Notes: a model not told the origin generated them from the sequence alone. Shown: positions 37,241 to 49,896, numbered from the stretch's first letter. The stretch: DNA of 64,000 bases from a bacterium (GCA_965213625.1 CBDBZU010000004.1:2176001-2240000); one strand, 5' to 3'. A program made the numbers and translations.

Positions 37241-37272
37241 CATTCCAGGGGGGCGTCCATGTACGCATGTAT

Positions 37273-37297
37273 GTCAGACATATATGTCTGACCCTAC
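37273..37297. repeat. REP-like palindrome
   Basis: Perfect 20-bp palindrome GTCAGACATATATGTCTGAC followed by CCTAC. Confidence 0.75.
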
Positions 37298-37368
37298 ACG
37301 AACATCGTGGTTTTACGGTGGCGGGCCCAGCCTGTAACCACGTCAGACATCACCAGGGAGAAGAAAGG

Positions 37369-37416
37369 GTAGGGACAGGTCGCGACCTCGGACAGGCACA
37401 AGGGCCTTGTCCCTAC
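37369..37416. repeat. GTAG-type REP-like element
   Basis: GTAGGGACAGGTCGCGACCT...CCTTGTCCCTAC; near reverse-complement copy at 26100-26139. Confidence 0.75.
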
Positions 37417-37436
37417 AGCCGACATCATCCGATTAC

Positions 37437-37853
37437 CTACACCGTCCCGTAGAGTTCCTCCGCCTTGGCGTCGAGATGCTTGATGATGTCCGCCAGATCG
37501 TCGGGGTAGTGGTGGTCCGCCCCCAGGTCGGGGTCTTCGGCGGGTGATTTCGCCACGAACATCACCGCCTTTTCGGTCAGCGTTCTCCCGCCGTGGAGCG
37601 TCCCTCTGGGAATGTGAAGTATGTCGCCGGGGCCGATGATTCGCTCCTCATCGCCGAGTCTCATGTATCGCTTGCCCTCGATGATGTAGACGTATTGTTC
37701 CTCGTTGTTATGCCAATGAGGTTTGGAGCCCGTGCCCCTGCGGTAGGTGACCATCCCCGCCTTCATGAACTCCCCGGCCAGGGGCTTGTACTCGCCCGGG
37801 TTTCCCGTGCTGAGCTGTACGTTCTCGATGGTGTCGGTGCTGTAAAATGGCAT
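37437..37853 (-). CDS. Cupin domain protein
   Basis: HWHNNEEQ, GDILHIPRGTLH. Confidence 0.88.
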   Translation of the reverse strand: MPFYSTDTIENVQLSTGNPGEYKPLAGEFMKAGMVTYRRGTGSKPHWHNNEEQYVYIIEGKRYMRLGDEERIIGPGDILHIPRGTLHGGRTLTEKAVMFVAKSPAEDPDLGADHHYPDDLADIIKHLDAKAEELYGTV

Positions 37854-38007
37854 TTTACGCGCTCCTGCAAGTGTTGTGCATACGAGATAGTTGCCAAAAG
37901 GACCCGCGAATCATAACCCGATTCCAAGAAAAGCGTCATCTCGCGTATACTTTCATCATCCGAGAGAGTTGTTTTATTCCAGATTCTTGCATTTGAGGAG
38001 AGAGCGC

Positions 38008-39186
38008 ATGGTCGTCAACGCGGTACGCAAGGTTCCATGGTTCACATACTTTCCCGACAATTATCGCTGGTCTTTCATCGTCTCCATCGGCCTGATGCGC
38101 GTGGCGGGCGGCGGGGCCGATACGGCGGAAATTTTTGAGGTCTGCAGGAATCTGGATAGAGACGTCGGCAACGACGATCTCTGGTTCGATGAGTGGGCAG
38201 GCATGGGTGATCGTTTGCGGGCGATGGGGATGGCGGCTTTGCGGCGCGGCCACGACCTCACGGCGGCGGGCCATTTTTCCCGTTCCGCCACCTATCACCA
38301 GATGGCCGATCGGTTCCGTTTCCCGAAGGACAAGGTATCGCAGGGCGTGTACCGCAAATCCATCGACAGCTTCAAGCGCTACGTCCGCCTGAACGACAGG
38401 CCGAAGACGGAGATCGTCGAGATTCCCTATGAGGGGGGCAAATCGCTGCCCGGCTATTTCATCCACGCAGAGAATACGCGTAAATCAAAACCGCCCGTGG
38501 TCGTGCTCTACACAGGTTTCGACGGCACCAAGGAATCGCCCATGGTTATCTCGGCGTTGGAACTCGCCCGGCGCGGTATGAGCGTGGTGGTGCCCGACAC
38601 CCCGGGCGTGGGCGAGGCCATCCGCTTCCGCAAGATTTTTCTGAGGCACGACTACGAGGTGGCGGGCTCGGCGGTTCTCGACTGGCTGGAGAAGCGTAAA
38701 GACGTGAACGCGAAGCGCGCGGGCATCATGGCGTCGAGCCTGGGGGGATACTACGCGCCCAGAACCGCCAGTATGGAGCGCCGCTTCAAGGCTTGCGTCG
38801 CCCACGGCGCGATTTGGGACTACCACGCCATCTGGAAAAGGCGTATCGACGCGGCGTTCAAGATTCAGCTCCCCTCGCCGGGTAACCACCTGGCGTGGAG
38901 CTTCAATGTCAAGACGGCGGAAGAGGCCCTGGAGAAGCTCGAAGGCTTCCGGCTCGACGGCGTGGTGCAGAAAATGAAGTGTCCCTTTCTGCTGGTGCAC
39001 GGGGAGGACGATCAGCAAATCCCGCTCTCGGACGCGAAATTGCTCTACAAGGCGGCGGGTTCGAAGGACAAGACGCTCCGGGTTTACAAGGGGACCGATG
39101 GCGGCTCCCAGCATTGCCACATGGACTACATCACGCCCGTCGTGGGGCATATGGCGGACTGGATGGCCGAGAAACTGGGCGCGTAA
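38008..39186 (+). CDS. Alpha/beta hydrolase (2,6-dihydroxypseudooxynicotine hydrolase / FrsA-like)
   Basis: GFDGTKE, DTPGVGE, ASSLGGYYAPR nucleophile elbow, HGEDD, QHCH. Confidence 0.85.
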   Translation: MVVNAVRKVPWFTYFPDNYRWSFIVSIGLMRVAGGGADTAEIFEVCRNLDRDVGNDDLWFDEWAGMGDRLRAMGMAALRRGHDLTAAGHFSRSATYHQMADRFRFPKDKVSQGVYRKSIDSFKRYVRLNDRPKTEIVEIPYEGGKSLPGYFIHAENTRKSKPPVVVLYTGFDGTKESPMVISALELARRGMSVVVPDTPGVGEAIRFRKIFLRHDYEVAGSAVLDWLEKRKDVNAKRAGIMASSLGGYYAPRTASMERRFKACVAHGAIWDYHAIWKRRIDAAFKIQLPSPGNHLAWSFNVKTAEEALEKLEGFRLDGVVQKMKCPFLLVHGEDDQQIPLSDAKLLYKAAGSKDKTLRVYKGTDGGSQHCHMDYITPVVGHMADWMAEKLGA

Positions 39187-39280
39187 GGCCGGACAGGAGT
39201 TTAATGTGGCGTGACTAAGCCGGCCATATGTGCATACCCGCACGAGCGCAGGCGTTTGACGCGTGATTGAGGAGTCATAG

Positions 39281-40105
39281 GTGGCGACGCTGGGAATCGA
39301 GAGCCGGGGAAAGGTCAAGGTCTACTATGAGGAAGAGGGCGCGGGCGAGCCGCTGGTCATGGTGGGCGGCCTGACGGCCACGGTGGAGGTCTGGGGCAAG
39401 CTCCGGGGCCTGCTTGCGGCGAGGTGCCGCCTCGTCATGCCGGACAACCGGGGAACGGGCCGAACGAAAGCGCATCAGGATGACGGCGACCGCGCCCCGG
39501 CGCGCATGGCGGAAGACCTCCTGGGCCTGGTCGACGGACTGGGCCTCGATTCTTTTCACCTGATGGGCGGCTCCTACGGCGGGACCATCGCGCTCTCCTT
39601 CGCGGTGAAACACCTCCAAAGAATAAAAAGCCTCATCGTCGCGTGCTCTCATTTTGGAGGAGTCGATAAGGTCGCATCCGCACCGGGCGTCCGCGAGACG
39701 CGCGCGCGAGGCGGCGCGCCCGATGCGAGTGATGAAGAACGCCGCGCGGCGCTGGAGACGCTCTTCCATCCCCACACGATCGACGAAAGGCCAGAGGTGG
39801 TCGCTTTCTATGACGGCTTCAAGCGCCGCTTTCCCATCAGCAAAGAAGAGATCGAAAGACGCAACAAGGGGATGGCGGAATTTGATGTTTCTGAAGAGAT
39901 CGAGACCTTGCGCGTCCCCACGCTCGTCATCTCGGGCGAGGCGGACGTTCTCGTGCCCACCGAGAACTCAAGGCGCATGGCCGGGAGGATTCCGGGGGCG
40001 GAGTTGGTGATTGTTGAGAACACGGGCCATCATTTTTATTCCGAACAGCCGGAAGCCTCGGCCGAGGCGATTCTGGCGTTTCTGGCGAGGCATAAGTCTG
40101 GATGA
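39281..40105 (+). CDS. Alpha/beta fold hydrolase
   Basis: DNRGTG, GGSYGG, PTLVISGEAD, GHH. Confidence 0.88.
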   Translation: MATLGIESRGKVKVYYEEEGAGEPLVMVGGLTATVEVWGKLRGLLAARCRLVMPDNRGTGRTKAHQDDGDRAPARMAEDLLGLVDGLGLDSFHLMGGSYGGTIALSFAVKHLQRIKSLIVACSHFGGVDKVASAPGVRETRARGGAPDASDEERRAALETLFHPHTIDERPEVVAFYDGFKRRFPISKEEIERRNKGMAEFDVSEEIETLRVPTLVISGEADVLVPTENSRRMAGRIPGAELVIVENTGHHFYSEQPEASAEAILAFLARHKSG

Positions 40106-40929
40106 ACGCGCCTGCTTTCGAGACGCTTCTGTTCGAGGTGCGCGGCCACGTTGCGCTCGTGAGCCTGAACCGCCCCGAGCGGCTGAACGCCATGAACCGC
40201 ACGATGCTGCGCGAGTTGAACGAGGCGTGCGATTTCATCGAGGCGGAAGACTCCATATTCGTCGCCGTTCTAACGGGGGAAGGCAAGTCTTTCTCCTCAG
40301 GCTTCGATCTCAAGGAACAGGCTGAGAACACCCCTGTCGGCTTCACCGAGTGGCGGTGCGCGCTCAGACAGGATTTCGACGCCGTCATGCGCTTCTGGAA
40401 TCTCTCGAAACCAACTATCGCCGCCGTTCGCGGACACGCTTTGGCGGGAGGCTGTGAGTTAGCCTTGGCGTGCGACGTCACCGTCGCGGCGGAAAACGCC
40501 GTGTTCGGGGAGCCTGAGCTCAAATTCGGCGCAGGAATCGTCGTCATGCTGCTACCCTGGCTCACGAACCCCAAGCTGGCGAAGGAGATCATCCTGACCG
40601 GGGAGGATGGAGTTCCGGCGGCTGAGGCCCATCGCATCGGGCTGGTGAACCGGGTCGTTCCGGAGGCCGAGGTGATGGATACTGCGATGTCACTGGCCGG
40701 GAAAATGACGCGGATGGACCAGAGCCTTCTGCGTGCCACCAAGCTGGCGCTCAACCGAACCTACGAGATCATGGGAATGGGCCGCGCGCTCGAAGCCGCG
40801 CTCGACCTGGACCTCATGATCGAGGGCAGGGGAACCGAGGATAAGGCCCGGTTCCTGGAGATTGCGCGAACAGAAGGCCTTCGCGCCGCCGTCGTCTGGC
40901 GCGACGCCAGGTTCGAGGGTTCCGAATAA
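40102..40929 (+). CDS. Enoyl-CoA hydratase/isomerase family protein
   Basis: LNRPERLNA, FSSGFDL, KPTIAAVRGHALAGGCELALACD, FGEPE. Confidence 0.92.
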   Translation: MNAPAFETLLFEVRGHVALVSLNRPERLNAMNRTMLRELNEACDFIEAEDSIFVAVLTGEGKSFSSGFDLKEQAENTPVGFTEWRCALRQDFDAVMRFWNLSKPTIAAVRGHALAGGCELALACDVTVAAENAVFGEPELKFGAGIVVMLLPWLTNPKLAKEIILTGEDGVPAAEAHRIGLVNRVVPEAEVMDTAMSLAGKMTRMDQSLLRATKLALNRTYEIMGMGRALEAALDLDLMIEGRGTEDKARFLEIARTEGLRAAVVWRDARFEGSE

Positions 40930-41072
40930 AAACTCCCCGCGAAATCCTGGGTCGGCTATCATCCGCCGCCTAATTGTGGAATCATGCCGGGCGTTCTCTC
41001 GCAGGCGTCATCGCGGATGAGACGCTGTTTTGTTTTGCGCTTTTTTTGTTCATCCAAGGAGGAAGTCAGCAG

Positions 41073-41627
41073 ATGCACCCACTCATCAAGAACCGCAGAA
41101 GCCTGCGCGCGTTTAACGGCGTGCCGCCCGAACCGGAAAAAATCGAAGCCCTGCTCGAGGCGTTCCGCTGGGCGCCGTCCTCGAACAACCGCCAGCCCTG
41201 GCGCGTCATCGTCGTGGAGTCCGAAGAGGCGCAAGCGAAGTTCAACGAATGCCTGAACGAGGGGAACCGCCAGTGGGCGGCTGCCGCCCCGCTCAAGATG
41301 ATTATTCTCGGAAACCCGGAGGAACAGCCCGAGCGTAACGGGCAGGATCGTTACCTGCTCGACGTCGGCATGGCGCTTGAGAATCTCCTGCTTCAGGGCA
41401 GTGATTTCGGGCTGACCGTGCACGCCATGGCGGGGTGGGACGAGGCGAAGGTGCTCGAGAGTTTCAACATACCCGAGCCGTTTCGCGTCGCGGCGCTGTT
41501 CGCCGTAGGGTATCCGGGAAAGACCGAGGAACTGCATCCCGACGTACAGGCCAAGGACAACAAGCCGCCCGCGCGCAAAGACCCCGCCGAAATTTTCTTC
41601 CGGGACGAATTCGGCAAATCGGGATAA
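41073..41627 (+). CDS. Nitroreductase family protein
   Basis: RRSLRAF, WAPSSNNRQPW, AVGYP; AGGAGG RBS. Confidence 0.9.
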   Translation: MHPLIKNRRSLRAFNGVPPEPEKIEALLEAFRWAPSSNNRQPWRVIVVESEEAQAKFNECLNEGNRQWAAAAPLKMIILGNPEEQPERNGQDRYLLDVGMALENLLLQGSDFGLTVHAMAGWDEAKVLESFNIPEPFRVAALFAVGYPGKTEELHPDVQAKDNKPPARKDPAEIFFRDEFGKSG

Positions 41628-41787
41628 GCTTGAAGTCGGCGTTTCGTGGCGCGTTTCGCGTTTGACCCTCTCCGTCCAAGCCCCTAGAATCCGGCTGGTT
41701 CGCGGGATGAGGTTCCCGGCTTTGTGATTTTCAGTGGTTCATGTCGCCTGCTATTTGTCGGTTCTCTTGTCGCTGTAAGGGACGGTC

Positions 41788-42459
41788 TTGTTCTCATCCG
41801 ACTTCATTCAGCAGTTGCTAATTGCTGTGCCGGCCATTCTGCTGGCGCTCACCTTTCACGAGGTGGCGCACGGCTGGATGGCCGACAAGCTGGGCGACAA
41901 CACGGCGCGTATGCTGGGCCGCTTGAATCTCAACCCCATCGTCCATCTCGATCCGCTGGGGACGCTCGCCTTCGTCATCTCCATGGTGGGGGGCGTGGGC
42001 TTCGGCTGGGCGAAGCCTGTGCCTGTAAATCCGGGTAATTTCAGTCACCCCAGACGCGGGATGATGTGGGTGGCCCTCGCGGGACCGGCGACGAATTTCA
42101 TACTGGCCATCATCAGCGGTTTTTTGTTTTCTCTGTTGCGCAGCTCGGGTATGGGCTTCACCTTCGTGGGCGAGCCGCTCATGTTGATGCTGCGGGCGAG
42201 CTTCACCATCAACACCGCGCTCGCGGCGTTCAACCTGATTCCCATCCTCCCCTTCGACGGGGGGAGGATCGTGATGGGGCTTTTGCCCAGAAGATTAGCG
42301 TGGCAATACTCGCGCAGCGAGCCGTTCGGGTTCTTTATCGTGCTGGGCCTTTTGCTGCTGGGTGTGCTTCACACGATTATGATGCCGATTTTCGTCGCTC
42401 TGGCTACGGCCGAGCAGGTTTTTGTGTTAAATCTTCTCAGAATCTTTGGATTGGCGTAG
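41788..42459 (+). CDS. Site-2 protease (peptidase M50)
   Basis: HEVAH, GWAKPVPVNP, AGPATN, FNLIPILPFDG. Confidence 0.92.
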   Translation: MFSSDFIQQLLIAVPAILLALTFHEVAHGWMADKLGDNTARMLGRLNLNPIVHLDPLGTLAFVISMVGGVGFGWAKPVPVNPGNFSHPRRGMMWVALAGPATNFILAIISGFLFSLLRSSGMGFTFVGEPLMLMLRASFTINTALAAFNLIPILPFDGGRIVMGLLPRRLAWQYSRSEPFGFFIVLGLLLLGVLHTIMMPIFVALATAEQVFVLNLLRIFGLA

Positions 42460-42495
42460 CGGGTTTTTTGTAGTGAGTGGATCAAGGATACACGG

Positions 42496-43518
42496 ATGAA
42501 GGACAGCCGGAACCAGAAAAACAGGCCGACGCGGTTTCTCTCCGGTGTGCAGCCCTCGGGAAAACTGCACCTGGGTAATTATTTCGGCGCGCTCAAACAG
42601 CACATCGCGCTCCAGGATGAGGCCGAGGCCTTCTACTTCATCGCGAACTATCACGCCATGACGACGGTGCAGGACAAAGACCTGCTGGCGGAGCAGACGC
42701 TTGCCGTGGCGATGGACTACCTCGCTCTGGGGCTGGACCCCGAAAAGGCGGTTTTCTTCCGCCAGTCCGACGTGCCCGAGGTGAACGAACTCGCCTGGAT
42801 GCTCTCCGCCGTCACGGGCAAGGGACTTCTGGATCGTGCCACGTCGTTCAAGGACAAGGTGGCGAGAGGCATCACGCCCTCGATGGGGCTTTACTATTAC
42901 CCGATGCTCATGGCCGCCGACATTCTGATCTACCGCTCCACCATCGTGCCTGTGGGTGAGGATCAGGTTCAGCACCTCGAAATGACGCGGGATATGGCGC
43001 TGGCCTTCAACAACACGTATGGGGAAATCTTCCCCCTGCCCACCGTCAGGCTCGATGCAGGCGCCAAGGTGCCGGGCTTGGACGGCCAGAAGATGAGCAA
43101 AAGCTATGACAACACGATAGAGATTTTCGAGGAGGGAAAACGCTTGAGAAAGCGCGTGATGTCGATTGTTACCGACTCCACCCCGCTCGAAGAACCCAAA
43201 GACCCCGACGCCTGCAATGTGTTCGCCTTGTATCAGCTCTTCTCTGATGAGGCGGAACAGGAGGAGTTGAGGGATAATTACCGGACGCCCGGGTTCGGCT
43301 ACGGCAACGCGAAACAGGTACTCTTCGAGAAGATGGACGCGTATTTCGCGCCTTATCGGGAAGAAAGAAAACGCCTGGAAGGGGATATCGGCTATGTAGA
43401 GGGCGTCCTGGCCGAAGGCGGAGCCAAGGCGAGAGCGGAGGCGCAAGAGACGATGCGCCTCGTCAGGGCTGCGGCGGGAATACCCGGGATGCCCGTATCG
43501 GCGGTCGAAACGACCTAA
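42496..43518 (+). CDS. trpS: Tryptophan--tRNA ligase
   Basis: [36 protein letters not shown]. Confidence 0.98.
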   Translation: MKDSRNQKNRPTRFLSGVQPSGKLHLGNYFGALKQHIALQDEAEAFYFIANYHAMTTVQDKDLLAEQTLAVAMDYLALGLDPEKAVFFRQSDVPEVNELAWMLSAVTGKGLLDRATSFKDKVARGITPSMGLYYYPMLMAADILIYRSTIVPVGEDQVQHLEMTRDMALAFNNTYGEIFPLPTVRLDAGAKVPGLDGQKMSKSYDNTIEIFEEGKRLRKRVMSIVTDSTPLEEPKDPDACNVFALYQLFSDEAEQEELRDNYRTPGFGYGNAKQVLFEKMDAYFAPYREERKRLEGDIGYVEGVLAEGGAKARAEAQETMRLVRAAAGIPGMPVSAVETT

Positions 43519-43535
43519 AAAGACTGGATGGGAGA

Positions 43536-46387
<2,852 letters not shown>

Positions 46388-46391
<4 letters not shown>

Positions 46392-46897
46392 GCCAAAGTC
46401 TGGGGCTCAAACCGTTTTTCCTCATTGCCGCTCTTTTCGCCTTGGCCGATCAGGCCATCAAGCAGGTTGTCGACAAGACTTTCGCACTCGGCGATTCGCA
46501 CGCCGTTATCCAGGGATTTTTTAACCTTGTATATCTGAGAAATTCCGGCGGCGCGTTCAGCATTCTCGACGGCCTGCCTCCCCTGTGGGGTCGCCTTTTC
46601 TTTATCTGCGCTACCCTGGCGGCTTTGGCGTTCGTCCTCTATCTGTACTGTTCTCATCCGCCGGGAAATCTCTGGGGAAGAGCGGGCATGATTCTCGTTT
46701 TCGGCGGCGGTCTGGGGAATCTGGTCGACAGGGTCGCGTATGGCGAGGTGATTGATTATCTCCTGTTCTATTATGGGCAATACCATTGGCCCGCTTTTAA
46801 CCTGGCGGACTCAGGCATCACGGTCGGGGTCGGTATGATGATACTCGATATCATACGGGGTCCGGCCGAGACCGCATCGACGGGGGAGAGCAGGTAG
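46388..46897 (+). CDS. lspA: Lipoprotein signal peptidase II
   Basis: DQAIK, NSGGAFS, GNLVDR, VIDY, FNLAD; GTG overlaps the ileS stop. Confidence 0.95.
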
Positions 46898-46933
46898 AAC
46901 GAATCGCCCGGACAATAGCCGGTTTCACGAGAG

Positions 46934-47503
46934 GTGGATTATCTTTCCGGAGGGTTGGAGATGCTGGGCCCTTTCCCGTTTTCGGGGACGCATGCGAGCC
47001 GGAACAATCCCTCGATAGGCTCGGCGACCAGGGCGCGCGGCTATGCGCGCCATTATTTATGGAACACCTCTATTTTCTGGGGACTGGTTTCCCTGGTGTG
47101 TATTTCGTGCCTGGGATTACTGGTCGCGCAGCGCCCCATTCAACAAGAGACGCTCTTCTACGCCGCCGCATCTGTTCTTGGCGCTTCGCTCGCCTATGCG
47201 TTCTGGAGAACCTCGCGCGCCCTCACGGACCTGATGGGCGAACCCGTGAACTTCGAGGGCCGGGTGGCGTCCAAGTCCTCTTATATCTTCTGGAACAAGC
47301 TCGCTTTTCTGGAGGAGAAGTATCATCTCCAGATCGTACGCGGTATCGGTATGCGTCCGCTGACGCTCGGGAGCGGAAAAAGCATAAGGGAAGGCTGGTT
47401 TCTGGCCGCGCAGGGTTATCACGACCTCCTGGCTCAGGGCGACCAGGTCCGCGGGACAATTTATCCCCGAACGCGCATCGTCGGCACCCTCGTCAAGGTG
47501 TGA
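46934..47503 (+). CDS. Hypothetical membrane protein (2 TM plus soluble domain)
   Basis: Fills the lspA-rluD gap on the operon strand; start uncertain (46934 or 46961). Confidence 0.6.
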   Translation: MDYLSGGLEMLGPFPFSGTHASRNNPSIGSATRARGYARHYLWNTSIFWGLVSLVCISCLGLLVAQRPIQQETLFYAAASVLGASLAYAFWRTSRALTDLMGEPVNFEGRVASKSSYIFWNKLAFLEEKYHLQIVRGIGMRPLTLGSGKSIREGWFLAAQGYHDLLAQGDQVRGTIYPRTRIVGTLVKV

Positions 47504-47505
47504 GT

Positions 47506-48465
47506 ATGGCGGAGCGAGGCGAGAGGACCTGGACGCTGACCTGCCATGAAGGCGCCAAGCGGATCGATTCGTTCCTGGCCCATAGGCTGAAAGAACTCTC
47601 TCGTTCGCGCGTGCAGGGGCTCATCAGGGACGGCATGGTCTCAGTCGATGGAAGAACCGAGACAAAGGCGGCGCACTCCCTTCCAGGCGGCGCGCGTGTC
47701 GTGGTGACGTTGCCGCCTCCCGTGCCCTCTCACATCGAGGCCGAAGAGGTTGCGCTCGACGTTCGCTACGAGGACGCGCACCTTCTCGTCGTCAACAAGC
47801 CCCCCGGCATGGTGGTTCACCCCGGGGCGGGTCAGCGCAAGGGAACCTTGGCCGCCGCTCTTTTGCATCATTGCATGGGGCAGCTTTCGGGCATCGGTGG
47901 TGTGGAAAGGCCCGGCATCGTTCACCGGCTCGACAAGGACACTTCCGGTCTTCTGATTGCGGCGAAAACAGACGCCGCGCACGGAAAACTCTCCGCCGAC
48001 CTCAAGGCGCGCCGGATTCACCGGCACTATCTGGCCATCGTTCGGGGCATACCTGCGCAGGGGGAAGGGACGATAGACGCCCCCATTGGGCGGCATCCGG
48101 CTCACAGAACGGCCATGGCGGTTGTGGAAAGCGGTCGTCGGGCGGTGACCCATTACAAGGTCCGGGAAGTGCTGGGAGACGCATCGGTTTTGGGTATTAA
48201 GCTGGAGACGGGCAGAACGCACCAGATCAGGGTGCACATGAGCCATATCGGGCATCCCATCGTGGGAGATCCGGTGTATGGCCTGGGGCGGTTGCCGAGA
48301 GGGCCGCGCAAGAAAATAAAATCGAATCAAAAAAGCCTCATCGAGAGACAGGCCCTCCATGCCCACAGGTTGGCTTTTCGCCACCCCATCGACGGGGAAG
48401 AGCGGGAGTTGATGGCCGAACCGCCGGCGGATTTTCTCAAGCTGCTGGAGGATTTGCGGGAATAG
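47506..48465 (+). CDS. rluD: RluA/RluD family pseudouridine synthase
   Basis: S4 domain, NKPPGMVVHP, HRLDKDTSG, GRTHQIRVH. Confidence 0.93.
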   Translation: MAERGERTWTLTCHEGAKRIDSFLAHRLKELSRSRVQGLIRDGMVSVDGRTETKAAHSLPGGARVVVTLPPPVPSHIEAEEVALDVRYEDAHLLVVNKPPGMVVHPGAGQRKGTLAAALLHHCMGQLSGIGGVERPGIVHRLDKDTSGLLIAAKTDAAHGKLSADLKARRIHRHYLAIVRGIPAQGEGTIDAPIGRHPAHRTAMAVVESGRRAVTHYKVREVLGDASVLGIKLETGRTHQIRVHMSHIGHPIVGDPVYGLGRLPRGPRKKIKSNQKSLIERQALHAHRLAFRHPIDGEERELMAEPPADFLKLLEDLRE

Positions 48466-48672
48466 CTTTCTGGCAGAGAGTGTTTTATGCCCGAAACGTC
48501 CGTTACGCCATGCGATTTCAGTGCGCTTCATTCCTTGCCTATCGCGTTCGAGGTATGCCATAAGAACCCCTGGTTTATGAAAATACCAATTCAAGCATTT
48601 TAGTACTCCGTACCGAATTTGGAATACCATATGGTCGGATACAATTCATCTCTTTGAAAATTGAGGGTTTAC

Positions 48673-49857
48673 ATGAAAGATGTCGTCATTCTCAGCAGCG
48701 TTCGTTCTCCGGGCGGGGCCTTCGGCGGCACGCTCAAGGGCATGACCGCACCGGAGTTGGGCGTACACATCGCGCAAGAGGCTATTCAAAGATCGGGGGT
48801 GGATCCCGAACATTTCGACGAGACCATTATCGGCCACGGATGGCAGGCGGGCGTGGGGCCCAATTCCGCGCGGCTCATCTCGGTGAGCGCAGGTCTTCCG
48901 AAGGAGACGCCCGCGTACACGATCAACAAGCGCTGCGGTTCGAGCATCAAGGCCGCCGCTCTGGCCGCGCAGGCGATTCGTGCGGGCGATGCGGAGGTCG
49001 TCCTCGCCGGAGGAGTGGAGAGCACCTCCAACGTGCCCTTCGTGAACCCGGGTGCGCGGTGGGGGAACCGCTTCGGGCACGCGCAGTTTCTGGACCTGAT
49101 CTACAAGGACGGCTATGAAGATCCCCTCTCGGGACAGCTCATGGGCGTGACGGCGGAGAATCTGGTGGAAAAATACAACCTGAGCCGAGAGGAGCAGGAC
49201 GAATACGCGCTCGAAAGCCAGGAGAAGGCCGTAGCGGCCATTGAGAGCGGGAAGTTCACCGGGGAAATCGTGCCGGTCGAAATGAAAGGGCGTAAAGGCG
49301 AGGTGAACGTGTTCGATAAGGACGAGACGCCCCGCAGCGGCATGTCGATGGAAAAACTAGGGCGCCTCAGGCCCGTTTTCGACAAGAACGGCTCCGTCAC
49401 CCCAGGCAATTCGTGTTGTCAGGCGGATGCGGCCTCCGCACTCGTGCTGGCGTCGCAGGAGAAGGCGGACGAGTTGGACGCAAAGCCCATCGCCGTCCTG
49501 CGCGGCTACGCCTCAACGGGCGTGGAGCCTCGCTACATGGGGCTGGGTCCCGTCACGGCTATTCCGAAGGCGCTCGAACGTGCGGGTCTCGCGCTCGAGG
49601 ATATGGACTTGATAGAGGTGAACGAGGCGTTCGCCGCCCAGGTCATCGCCTGCGAGCGCGAACTCGAGTGGGACAGAAAAAAGCTGAACGTGCATGGCGG
49701 CGCCATCGCCCTCGGGCATCCGGTGGGTGCTACGGGCGGCAAAATTATCGCCACCTGCCTGAGCGCGCTCGAGCAAAGGGGCGGGCAATTCGGCGTCGTG
49801 AGCGCCTGCATCGGCGGGGGCCAGGGTGTGGCCGTCGTTTTGGAGCGCGTCGCTTAG
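48673..49857 (+). CDS. Acetyl-CoA C-acyltransferase (thiolase)
   Basis: NKRCGS, NEAFA, GGAIALGHPVG, CIGGGQG. Confidence 0.95.
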   Translation: MKDVVILSSVRSPGGAFGGTLKGMTAPELGVHIAQEAIQRSGVDPEHFDETIIGHGWQAGVGPNSARLISVSAGLPKETPAYTINKRCGSSIKAAALAAQAIRAGDAEVVLAGGVESTSNVPFVNPGARWGNRFGHAQFLDLIYKDGYEDPLSGQLMGVTAENLVEKYNLSREEQDEYALESQEKAVAAIESGKFTGEIVPVEMKGRKGEVNVFDKDETPRSGMSMEKLGRLRPVFDKNGSVTPGNSCCQADAASALVLASQEKADELDAKPIAVLRGYASTGVEPRYMGLGPVTAIPKALERAGLALEDMDLIEVNEAFAAQVIACERELEWDRKKLNVHGGAIALGHPVGATGGKIIATCLSALEQRGGQFGVVSACIGGGQGVAVVLERVA

Positions 49858-49896
49858 GCGCGGTGATTGTAAGACTTAAGGACGCAAGAGGGTGAG

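Larger units (their letters stand above)
35884..37265 (+). mobile_element. IS110-family insertion sequence, IS1111 group
   Basis: Sub-terminal 11-bp perfect IRs TGGACGCCCCC (35892-35902) and GGGGGCGTCCA (37249-37259); CG core at both junctions (35884-35885, 37264-37265); long 3' non-coding region. Confidence 0.92.
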
